From NCBI RefSeq assembly GCF_006345805.1, contig NC_042998.1:18600001-18664000 (forward strand): a stretch of DNA of 64,000 nucleotides, in the 5' to 3' direction. This document shows, one piece after another, positions 10,983-22,240 of this stretch. The position numbers and the translations under genes were made by a program. The notes beneath the pieces are model-generated. The model did no database searches. It saw only the letters and a program-made list of their open reading frames with translations, and was not told the DNA's origin. The first letter of the stretch is position 1. Each line of letters starts with the position of its first letter. Source of the DNA: Octopus sinensis (Eukaryota).

Positions 10983-11369
10983 TCTATATATAGAAAGCTG
11001 AAGTTGTTTGTGTATGGCAGGTTTGGTAGCCTTCAGCTAACACTATCTCCTCCGAGACCTTGCGGTGCAAGTTGACCAAAATTGAAAGTATGATAGAAGA
11101 AGACTTGCTCTTCATTCCGTCGAAGATAAAATTCAATCAGACCATGTTAACACCAAAACTTATTTACATAAAAAAGTGCTTTTTTCTATGAAAATCTTTA
11201 TTTTTTACGATTTTTTGACTGCTGTGTCGCCATTTTTCGGTGTATTTCAACCCCAAAAATGTTCACTTAAAGAGAATAACAAGCTACATAATGTAAAATT
11301 TTTACTTTTCAAAAATTCCAATTCTAAAGGGTCGAAACAAACACGAGCAACGCCGGGCGATACTGCTAG
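10983..11369 (+). mobile_element. Non-autonomous Helitron-like element, copy 1
   Basis: Starts TC after A (AA|TCTATATATAGAAAGCTGAAGTTG), ends with GC-rich GAGCAACGCCGGGCG then CTAG before T; no TSD; two more copies in the window. Confidence 0.8.
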
Positions 11370-13478
11370 TTTGAAATAAAACTGTTACCCAATCCTGTTT
11401 TTGCTTTGATAAATATACCCTATCACCCACACCACTAAATGGCATATACAGGTGCTTACAGTTATCAAGTATTCACCCTGAATTTTTTTGTGTCTATATA
11501 TATATATATATAAAATTTTACGCTTAATATTTATCGTATCAAAAGTGATGCTGAGAGACAAACACAAACACACACATAGGCATATACGCATGTTTTGTTG
11601 TCCGTGAAATATGCTCCTGCTACATCTTGGTAACTGTTGCGTTAGAACATTTTTAGTCACTACAGCTTAAAATTAAACTCTCAAGTGTGTCTGTGGCAAC
11701 GTGTAGATTTGAAATTCAATAGCGTATATGACAAATTTGCAATATTTCGCATATTCTCTGATTCATTCATAGGCATGCATCTTTTGTGGAAGCTACACAC
11801 ATGCGGAGTTCCACAAGGAATTGTCCTTCTCGACAGCAAATCCATTAAACCTGAAATGAATAAACTGCAAGCTACGGGAACAATTATATCGTCAAGGTTT
11901 TCATTGTCTTTCTGAAATTGCTGAAGTCCATGGAATATATTCAGTGGTACATTACGCATTTGCTATTAATAATTGTACTCACAGCTAACTACTTGCATTT
12001 TCAATCACATTGGACAGTGATATTTCGCTCCAAATTCAAGGACAACATTACCTCACAACTGTTGGCCTTATGCAGTATTTTTTGTCCTTTGTGACCAAAA
12101 TTTTAGAGCCTTTGTAAAGTAAAGGCTGAATTATACGAGTCTCGAAATTGTATTCTGGAGCTACTAATGGATAGCCGACATTTTACAGCGCAGCGAATAT
12201 CTTAAGAGCATAAATTAGCTAGATCGTTATTTTCTTTTTATGTAGAAATATTGACAAAATGAAAGAAGCCATCATAAAAATCTGCAAGCTTTCTATAATG
12301 GTTCTCACCATTAGGGCTTCCGTTCATCTCTAATAAACGCGTTTTCAATTCCCATGTTCGTTTTTAGACAAAAAAAAAACAACATTTCCTGACCGGCTGA
12401 AACCGACTGTGGTTACTATTTCAAGGTCCCCTGGGAGTAAATTTCAAACAATTTGAGCCTGCCACTGAATTCTAATGAAAATGGACAAAACATTTTGCTC
12501 GTAGTGCAGCATGCTTCTTTAAAACTAAATATCATTTAGATCTAACATTGAAAATACTAGACACTCATTTTTTATCAATGGATAGATTTAAAGGATTAGA
12601 TTTAAATCAATAAGGACATTCATCAATGGTTAAATCTTACATGCTTTCAGTCTGGTACGAGAACAATTTGTAATGCTTTTCTTGATACGATTAAACACGT
12701 CACCAAAGTGAAGAAAATATTATACTACGCAAAGATTTAAACGTTCGCTCACATTCGACTTGTTTAAACCTTCTCCATTTACGCCAGTAAAAGATACAAC
12801 GATAATTGTATGCAAGCAATTTTGTTATTCGTGTCTGAAGTTCAACTGGCAGGATTTTCTTTTTAAATATCACGTCTAATTTCATACGATTAAATAAATG
12901 TTACACGAAGCTGTAAAAGTGGTAAATCGTAAAAAAATAGTAAAGTTACCTGTTTATATTCCTTATCCAGTACTTAGGAACAACACAGGAAATATTTTCT
13001 ACCGAGGTAAATATCCCACCTAGAATTAAAGAGAAAATAAATACATTAGTTTAAAATGTATTATGTATTGATTCATTAAGGATACATAGTTGAATGAAAA
13101 TTTATTTTATTCATTGATTAAGAAAAGGTCCACATAAGCATGTTACTGCATTATATGTGTGTATGTATGAGTGTATGTAAATATATATATATGTTTGCAT
13201 GTATGTATGCATGTGTGTATATATGTATGTATGTATTTATGTTGGTATGTATGTATGTATGAAGAAAGAAATAAAGAAAGAAAGAGAGGGAGGTAGAGAG
13301 AGAGAGAAAACTTAAAATATGTAAGAAAGCAAGCGAACCTCTGGACATAGTTTTACGCTTAATATTTATCGTATCAAAAGTGATGTTGAGACACAAACAC
13401 AAACACACACATAAGCATATACGCACACGCACATACATACACTAGCAAACACACACACACACTGACGTACATATAGAC

Positions 13479-13516
<38 letters not shown>

Positions 13517-13520
<4 letters not shown>

Positions 13521-13886
13521 TAAGCAATAAAGGGTTTAGCAACGAATTGCCTTACCACATACCGAATTTAGAAATAGCAGTCAAAGAGTTATAGCTATTT
13601 CTTCTACTAAAAGGGAGATCTCAGTAAAAACAGCAATTGGAAGGCAGACACAAACAGGTAAGAGAGAATGAATTGACGGCAATCTATCATACAATTTTAA
13701 GTTAAAATTGTATGATAGATTGCCGTCAATTCATTCTCTCTTACCTGTTTGTGTCTGCCTTCCAATTGCTGTTTTTACTGAGATCTCCCTTTTTAGTAGA
13801 AGAAATAGCTATAACTCTTTGACTGCTATTTCTAAATTCGGTATGTGGTAAGGCAATTCGTTGCTAAACCCTTTATTGCTTAGTAT
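13517..13886. repeat. Near-perfect fold-back palindrome, 184/185 bp arms with a 1 nt spacer (G13701)
   Basis: 13517-13700 is the reverse complement of 13702-13886; the only difference I found is one extra T in a homopolymer. Confidence 0.97.
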
Positions 13887-14010
13887 TACTTAAATTTTCC
13901 TCGAAGGAGGCTTTTACATGCCGAAGACTACTTGGTGTAATTGATAATTATTCCAAATTAATTAATTTCACCCTTCATTATTACGGATATATATATATAT
14001 ATATATATAT

Positions 14011-14090
14011 ACTTTATTTAAAGCAGCAGAAAATTCAACAAAACCTGTTACTCTGAGTTTCCCGTTGCCGTTCGTCGGACAGTTTTTGCT
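14011..14090 (-). mobile_element. Short microsatellite-flanked Penelope-like end fragment with a hammerhead-like motif
   Basis: Minus strand 14083-14050 reads ACTGT-CCGACGA-ACGGCAACGG-GAAA-CTC-AGAGT; shares 27 bp with ~9839-9864. Confidence 0.45.
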
Positions 14091-14447
14091 ATGTATATAT
14101 ATACATACATACATACATACATACATACATACATACATACATGTATACATATACAAACGACAGGCGTCTTTCATCAAATTCCCTCAAATAGCCTTCGGAA
14201 GCCCGAGGCGATAATAGAAGTCACTTCTTCGACGGAATCCAGCTGAATCGAGCACCGTGGGTTTGGGAATTACAGAAACACGGTAATATTTTGTAAGATC
14301 GCTTACGTGAACCCAACATATTGTCTCTGTGAAATGCTTAGACTTGTTAATCTCTGCCTCTCAGCAGAAGCATAGCATCACCAGCTCGCTTTAGAAGCCC
14401 AACCTTTAAAATCTATAGGTTTATTGCACACACTCTTTCTGTCTGTA

Positions 14448-14497
<50 letters not shown>

Positions 14498-14573
14498 GCA
14501 CATACACACACACGCGGGCACGCACACACACACACTCGCGTATACCACAGAGATTCATACATATATTATATAC

Positions 14574-14592
14574 GAAAGAAGCCCGTCGTATG

Positions 14593-14657
<65 letters not shown>

Positions 14658-14860
14658 TTGTGTGTCTATATTTGTCTCCCTAGCATTGCTTGACAACCGA
14701 TGCTGGTGTGTTTATGTCCCCGTTACTTAGCGGTTCGGCAAAAGAGACCGATAGAATAAGTACTGGGCTTACAAAGAATAAGTCCCGGGGTCGAGTTGCT
14801 CGATTAAAGGCGGTGCTCCAGCATGGCCGCAGTCAAATGACTGAAACAAATAAAAGAGTA
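14574..14860 (+). mobile_element. Microsatellite-containing SINE (GGCGCAGGAGTGGCTGTGTGG family), 5'-truncated
   Basis: GAAAGAAGCCCGTCG-(TA)n(TG)n-conserved right arm ending GCATGGCCGCAGTCAAATGACTGAAAC. Confidence 0.88.
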
Positions 14861-16899
14861 ACAGAGTATACATGTTAATCCAGTCTTACATAATACGATG
14901 TACAATGCAGAATCTTGTCGTAAACGCATGTATGAATGAAAGTTCATTTCTCATGTTCTCAAAGCTTAGTGTACCATGCTTTACAAATATCTTTCGAATT
15001 ACCAGCGAAATAGTTCTACACTTCAATAGAGACCTACAGCTGTGCGTCAATATGCACATGCCTAAGCATGCACACATGTAAATCTCTCTTACTTTCTCTC
15101 TCTCTCTCTCTCTCTCTCTCTTTGAACATAAACACCCATTCAGACACAGTACAAGGAGAAAGAGAGACGGGACAGAGCGAGTTAGTTAAGCATTTGAATA
15201 GGAAACTTATCACATCACGTAGCACTTTTTGTTAGACCAATCCACCGATAAATGAATTTTCTGTCTTTATACATCGGTTTCTGAAGCGTTAAGGACCAAA
15301 ATGCCAATAACGTGCTTCCAGGAAATAATGCAAGTGTATTTGACATTTAGTTTGCTGTCGACAGAAGGTGGCACCAGCATTATCACGTCTACTCTGCTGT
15401 AATATATTTCTATTCGTAGGAATGATTTACATACACCTGTTCTTCGCATTTTTGGTAATAATTGTTTTCTCCTTTGGATTTTGATCCACTGTTTTTTGAT
15501 CTACTGATGTTGCTTTGAATCTACTACACGATTAATTTTAGCCTAATTATTACCCTCCTCAAGGAAACATAATGTTGCGTAAAACGTAACCATAATCAAC
15601 CTGCCATTTTCCCCATAACACATTATTGGCAGCTATTATCTTAACGGTTGCAGGATAGGATCTAAAAGAGATTTGGCAAAAAATTTTAAACAAAGAGACG
15701 ACTAATAAAAGAACCTTGTTTAATCTGTTCAATGATTAGACCCATGTTTAGTCTATTCAATGATAAGACAATACTTAACGTATATGTTTCCAATACAATG
15801 ATTTTTTTCAATAATGATAACAACAAAGGAAAAGATATGCCCATGTTTAGGCATAGTGGATTTTAATTTCATAGGAACGATGCAAATATAATCAATCCTG
15901 ACATGATTTTATTCCAGAAACTAGCGGAAAATAATTAACTCGAACACGGCATTCGTTCTTGCACCGTTCTATTTTTACCATTTTATTCTTTTTATAGGAA
16001 TAATTTAATCAAATTTTATCAATTTAATTGAATGGTTCTTTGTGAATTCCATATTGTTTGGGTCCCAACAGCGTAGTGACAGCATTAAAAAAAATGTTTG
16101 GCTTTTTATTGTTTTTACTGGTTTCTTATTCATTCGAAATGTTATAACTATAGAGAAGACAAACACCAAAGGGTTGTAAAAACAAGGGTATCTGTACTTG
16201 TTCTACTTATCAGATTGGTTTTCGTATTTCTCCGAAATATCTACAGATACATCTATTTGCTTCGGTTTGTTTATATACTTTAGATTTACAATTGCTGTTG
16301 AAAGATTCGCATTCAGCGGAATATTTAGTGTTTGACTCTCTTTGAAACTATTTTGCTTAATTTTATCATAAGTGTTTTTTATTATTGCTATTCCTTTCGA
16401 ATGATTAAGTCGCTCGCTGGTTTAAAGGAGAAAATAACTGAACGCATTAATGCACTTATAAAATTTTCGTATTTTTTCATTGATGATATATATGAAAGCT
16501 ACACACGAAATCACAGGCACACACAAACACTCCACACACACACACACGCACGCAGATAGACATACATATATGCATATATACATACGTATATATATATATA
16601 TAGAGAGAGAGAGACACACACACATATATATGTACATATACATATATACGTACGCATGTGTGTGTCTTTGTGTTTGAGTGTGTGTGAACAAACATATTTT
16701 TCACCAATGCATACGTTTGCTCGCAGTTGTTGATTAAACAGAGAAAACATATCGCAAAATAATATCTGGGGCAAACGAAGTGTGAATAACAGTGGCAATG
16801 AGAGTAACTGAAATGGAAACTGAAGAGATAGCAAGATATTTACAATAAAAAATAGGGAGGTTAGGCAGAGGCAAAAACGCAGATGGAGGATTGAGTAAT

Positions 16900-16943
<44 letters not shown>

Positions 16944-16955
16944 TATATATACAGA

Positions 16956-16987
<32 letters not shown>

Positions 16988-17204
16988 CGCAAATGCAGCG
17001 TGAAATACCCATAGGAATGTAAGCATATATTGTTTGAAATATAGCGTGACAAATCTCCCTATAAACTGTAACCTGGTCACTGAAAGCCATGTTGTTCTAA
17101 GTGTACCAAGTGCTATCCTAGTAGCATATTTCACACACACAAACACATACGCACACGCACACATATACAAGCATATATATATATATATTATATATATATA
17201 TATA

Positions 17205-17244
<40 letters not shown>

Positions 17245-17269
17245 ATGTATATATGTATGTGTATATGTA

Positions 17270-17316
<47 letters not shown>

Positions 17317-18036
17317 ATATGTATATACATATATATATATATACATATGTATGTATATATATATATATGCATATTTATTTATCACCCGACGTGATACGTC
17401 TGCACCACGGGATACTCCTGAACCAGTTGCTGAATATCCCACAAGAAGGGTTGATGCTAGATTTGTCGAAACAATTGTTGTGATTAATAATATATTCCCG
17501 TATATTCCATCTCTTGTCTTTCAGGAGATGGAATATACTGGATGTAGGTGCTTAGAATTTACCTCAAGTAAAAAACCTACAAGAAGAGCGAAATTCATTA
17601 TGCGTCCTCATAAGTCGCTTCTCCTAGCTCACCATTTGTTGTGGTTTGAATACAGTATGTCTAACTGAGAATGTCTATCAAATTAATACCACAGCATCAT
17701 GCCCCTCAATGGTTGTTATAGGTAGTGACTCTATGTGTGTTTGTATTTTAGTGCTGTCTTACTATGTGTGTGATTGTGTGTGCGTACGCTTGTGTGTGTG
17801 TACGCTTGTATGTGCCTGTGAGCGTAAGTAGCTGAGTTGTAAATTTTGGAGGCGAATGTACATAAGCAAAATATGGGACGATTGCTTGATGTACGCGTGA
17901 CACGGAGTACGTGTGTATGTGAGGAACATCATGAAAGCTGTTCCATTTTAATGCCATCACAAGAAATAACCTTGTTACGGCATTTGGCGGGACTGACGTT
18001 GTCATAAAGATATAACGTCTTGAGACGACCAATAAC

Positions 18037-18084
<48 letters not shown>

Positions 18085-18362
18085 GGCTTATAATCATGAA
18101 AACTGGTTTTACGAATAGAATTACTTTTATTTTAAAATTTTCAATCTTTCATAGAAGATTGAAACATAGAACATTATCAATAAAACCGAACATTATTAAT
18201 ACCATAGAAATTTAAATGCATGAAAAAGCAGATGTAAAATAAATGGCGCTATATCTGGAATATTGTCTTGATTTAAATGATACATATATGTTGTTACAAA
18301 TGAGCACATGGCATTTCATAAAACACGTATTATTTAGTATGGTATGTATGCCTGTATATATG

Positions 18363-18429
<67 letters not shown>

Positions 18430-18644
18430 CTCTTTCTTTTTTACTTGTTTCAGTCATTTGACTGCGGCCATGCTGGAGCACCGCCTTTAGTCGAGCAAAT
18501 CGACCCCGGGACTTATTTTTTGTAAACCCAGTTCTTATTCTATCGGTTTTTCTTTTGCCGAACTGCTAAGTGACGGGGACGTAAACACACCAGCATCGGT
18601 TGTCAAGCAATGCTAGGGGGACAAACACAGACACACAAACACAT

Positions 18645-18730
<86 letters not shown>

Positions 18731-18891
18731 GACAGGTTTCTTTCAGTTTCCGTCTACCAAATCCACTCAGAAGGCATTGGTCGGCACGGGGCTATAGCAG
18801 AAGACACTTGCCCAAGATGCCACGCAGTGGGACTGAACCCGGAACCATGTGGTTGGTTAGCAAGCTACTTACCATACAGCCACTCTGCGCC
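18430..18891 (-). mobile_element. Microsatellite-containing SINE, full length
   Basis: Reverse complement of head GGCGCAGAGTGGCTGTATGG, left arm, (TA)n(TG)n centre and right arm; matches 42380-42780. Confidence 0.92.
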
Positions 18892-19355
18892 TATATATAT
18901 ATGTATATTGTATATATGTACGTTGTGTACTCTAATGTGCAGTGTCTGAGGCATCGACATCATGGACGTTGATATTGGCGTCGTTTCTGTTGGTGCTCTT
19001 ATTCCCATGAACCAGCATAAAAGTGCCTGCGTGTGTATGTTTGAAAGCATTTTCGTTAGATTTATGTTGTGTACTGTGAGAGATGCATTAAAAATCCATG
19101 CACAATGAAAACTAATCCGTATATTGATTTTGGAGAAGTGGGACTCCGCATATAGACATGTATGCGCCTGCATAGAGCTATCTACTTAAACGTACATTAG
19201 ATTTAAGCAAAACCCAAAATACAATCAAACACAGTCACACATAAATACATTTATCGTAGCATATGTGTGTGTATGTGTTTGTGTGAGTGTGTTCGTATAC
19301 ATAATACTTACATACATACACACACACATATCGGAATATATGTGTGAATGCATAA

Positions 19356-19425
<70 letters not shown>

Positions 19426-19470
19426 ATGTGTGTGTGTGTGTGTGGTATGTGTGTGTGTGTGTACATGTAT

Positions 19471-19670
19471 ATTCTTTTATTTGCTTCAGTATTTTGACCG
19501 TGGCTCGCTGGAGCACCGCCTTTATTCGAAGAAATCGATTTCATGACTTTTTCTTTGTAAGCATAATACTTATTCTATCGGTCACTTTTGCCGCACCGCT
19601 AAGTTACGGGGACGTGAACGCACCAACATCGATTGTCAAGCGATGGTGGGGGAACAAGCACAGACACAAA
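19471..19670 (-). mobile_element. Microsatellite-containing SINE, right arm only
   Basis: CTGGAGCACCGCC...ATTCTATCGGTCACTTTTGCCGCACCGCTAAG...CGATTGTCAAGCGATG. Confidence 0.8.
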
Positions 19671-19689
19671 AACATATACACAACCACTC

Positions 19690-19906
19690 ACACATACACA
19701 CACACATATATATATACGATACACACACACACACATATATATACGATACACACACACACACATATATATACGATACACACAAACACACACATATATATAT
19801 ACGATACACACACACACACACATATATATACGATACACACACACACACATATATATACGATACACACACACACACATATATATACGATACACACACACAC
19901 ACACAC

Positions 19907-19952
<46 letters not shown>

Positions 19953-19960
19953 CAATACAC
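19690..19960. repeat. Higher-order microsatellite, units of (CA)n(TA)nCGATA
   Basis: The CGATA-punctuated unit recurs about seven times. Confidence 0.9.
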
Positions 19961-20554
19961 ACATACACACACACACTGACACACATCCAGGCATACACAT
20001 ATATATGCCCAGGTTTTATTCATTAATCCTCTTATGCAAGTAAAATATAAAAGTCAATACAGAATTCGTACTTTAGAAATATATATAAATATATATTATA
20101 TGTAATATAAGCCATCGTAATGTATTCATTCGGTTTAAAAAAAAAAGAATGTTTCAGATACAAATATATATTTGCATGGAAATATATACAAATATCATTC
20201 TGTCATACCTAACAACTGAACGTACGTATGCATTTATGAATCTTTGCATTTATGAATGTGCGTCTGTATTTATGCATGCAGCACTGTAGGAATTTAACGT
20301 CAACATGTGTGTTGGAATTCAGTGGAAAAAACTGAATCAAGCAGCCAATAACTGCAGAAATGTTGAAGCGAAGGGGAAAAAAAATAAGAAATAAAGAGTA
20401 GACGAATGGGAGGAAAGAGAAAATGGGGCATCAAGAGGGTAAGAGAATCAGAGGTTCGAGAGAGACAGAGTGAGAGAGAAATTAAAATAGGGTAAAAATA
20501 AAGATTATTAATATTGAAATATATTTAAATATGTAGGTTTCTAAATTTCCTTTC

Positions 20555-20598
<44 letters not shown>

Positions 20599-20599
20599 G

Positions 20600-20616
20600 C
20601 GAGACATACAGACATG

Positions 20617-20688
<72 letters not shown>

Positions 20689-20743
20689 GATAGCTATATA
20701 GATAGAGAGATAGAGAGATAGAGAGATAGAGAGATAGATAGAG

Positions 20744-20805
<62 letters not shown>

Positions 20806-20810
20806 TAGAC
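20600..20810. repeat. (GATA)n/(GAGATA)n microsatellite
   Basis: Seen directly. Confidence 0.95.
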
Positions 20811-21854
20811 AGATATTGAAAGAAAGCTTTACTTTCGTTACTTAAATTGAAACACCCTAATGCAAATATGAATGGAAATAATGGACAAACGCACAAAATT
20901 TGAAATGGTTGCCCTGGCTATTGTACATAGACACCTATCTACACACGCATTCACGTTTGTGTGTCTATCTTCATTATCAATTTACTAAAAGAACTCTAAA
21001 AATAGATAAGCTTCCTGTTTCTTTATCTTCAGTTTTGGCTCCTTTTTCTGTTTGTTTTTTAGTTCACTAATCACATTTTACTTGATCGAATATTATTCAC
21101 GTATGTATTTAACATTTTTTATAGATTTGTTTGACTGACATTTCCTGATTTGACTCTTATTTGGAATTTTCTGAATGCCTCTGATTGTACAAAATTATAG
21201 ATGCTTACACCGATTTTCATTTTATGTTTCTTTTATATTTAATGCCTTAAAACCACTTATTTACAAAGGAAAATGAGTGAGAATTCGAAACATATACCCT
21301 TTCATGACAATAAGGATCTAAAAGAAAAAAATATATGATGCACAAATGTGATTATTAGAGATGAAACTTATATATTTTTAACATGTATGCTTTTTATTTA
21401 TGATGTAAATTTTATGTAGAGCGAAAGCGCCAAACTTAATTCACTTCACTGTTAATTATCACTTATGATATACCTCCAAGCTCTATATTTTTAATGAATG
21501 AGTTGTCAGATATACGTACACACGTCCCTGCTTTCAATTAAACATATATGTACACTACATTTATTTTTTATTTCCTGCGGTTTCAAAAGTGCCAAATCTT
21601 ATCAGCATACATATAGCAAAAATAAAATCTCATGGTTAAACAAACGGTCTCGAAGAGACATGCAAGCGTTCACACATCCGCACGTAAAAACATACACTTA
21701 GATTCAGCCTCTTTCCATATCAACATGTATCATATTTTACATGTGTTTATGTATATAAATGTGTACACTCTTGTATTCACATACACATACACAAAGCATA
21801 CACACTCACTCAGACGTATTCGAGCATATGAACCAATTCCACTCATTTCATATG

Positions 21855-22240
21855 CAATGCCTGCGCATAATTTATGGTATTAAATTGCAAGATAAGTTAG
21901 AAATAGTGAAATACTGTATGGATGCAGCTTTGCTGCTATCGAAGTTTTCGTTAGCGAAGATACAGCTAAGACGGGCAGGGAACTTGGTTCACATGAAAGC
22001 TGATAGGCTCCCCAAACAGCTGTTCAATGGTTAGCTTTGGAACAGCAAGCACCCTGTAAGTCTCATGATACGAGGATAATTTTAAGGATAATTCAAGTGT
22101 TGTGATATTGATCATGAGTCTTGGTAAGACTTTGCTGAAAATCGAAACGATCGGAGGAGAAAGTGTTTCAGGAGCTTAAAGCAGTTCGAATTGAGTGGGT
22201 AGAAACATCGCGATCAACTTCCTACGAATCCTAATCAGCG
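21855..22240 (+). pseudogene. Decayed RTE-type LINE fragment, C-terminal part of the RT ORF
   Basis: QCLRIIYGIKLQDK...KIQLRRAGNLVHMKADRLPKQLFNG* then, in another frame, CDIDHESW*DFAENRNDRRRK. These resemble the RTE consensus LRRILGIKWQD...LRWAGHLVRM...RLPKQLFYGEL...W..LA..R..WR. Confidence 0.82.

Noticed and set aside
11685-11915. GVPQGIVL resembling the RT motif GVPQGSVL
   Set aside because: No SPLLF or YADD follows and no other RT motif is nearby, so it is probably chance.
13895-13935. Hammerhead-like CTCGAAGGA-GGC...GCC-GAAGAC next to palindrome A
   Set aside because: Both core boxes are altered and helix I is absent.
16734-16900. Minus-strand KYLAISSVSISVTLIATVIH resembling a Cys-loop receptor M3 helix
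   Set aside because: Pyrimidine-rich DNA readily gives such hydrophobic strings; the frame runs into microsatellite upstream and stops soon after.
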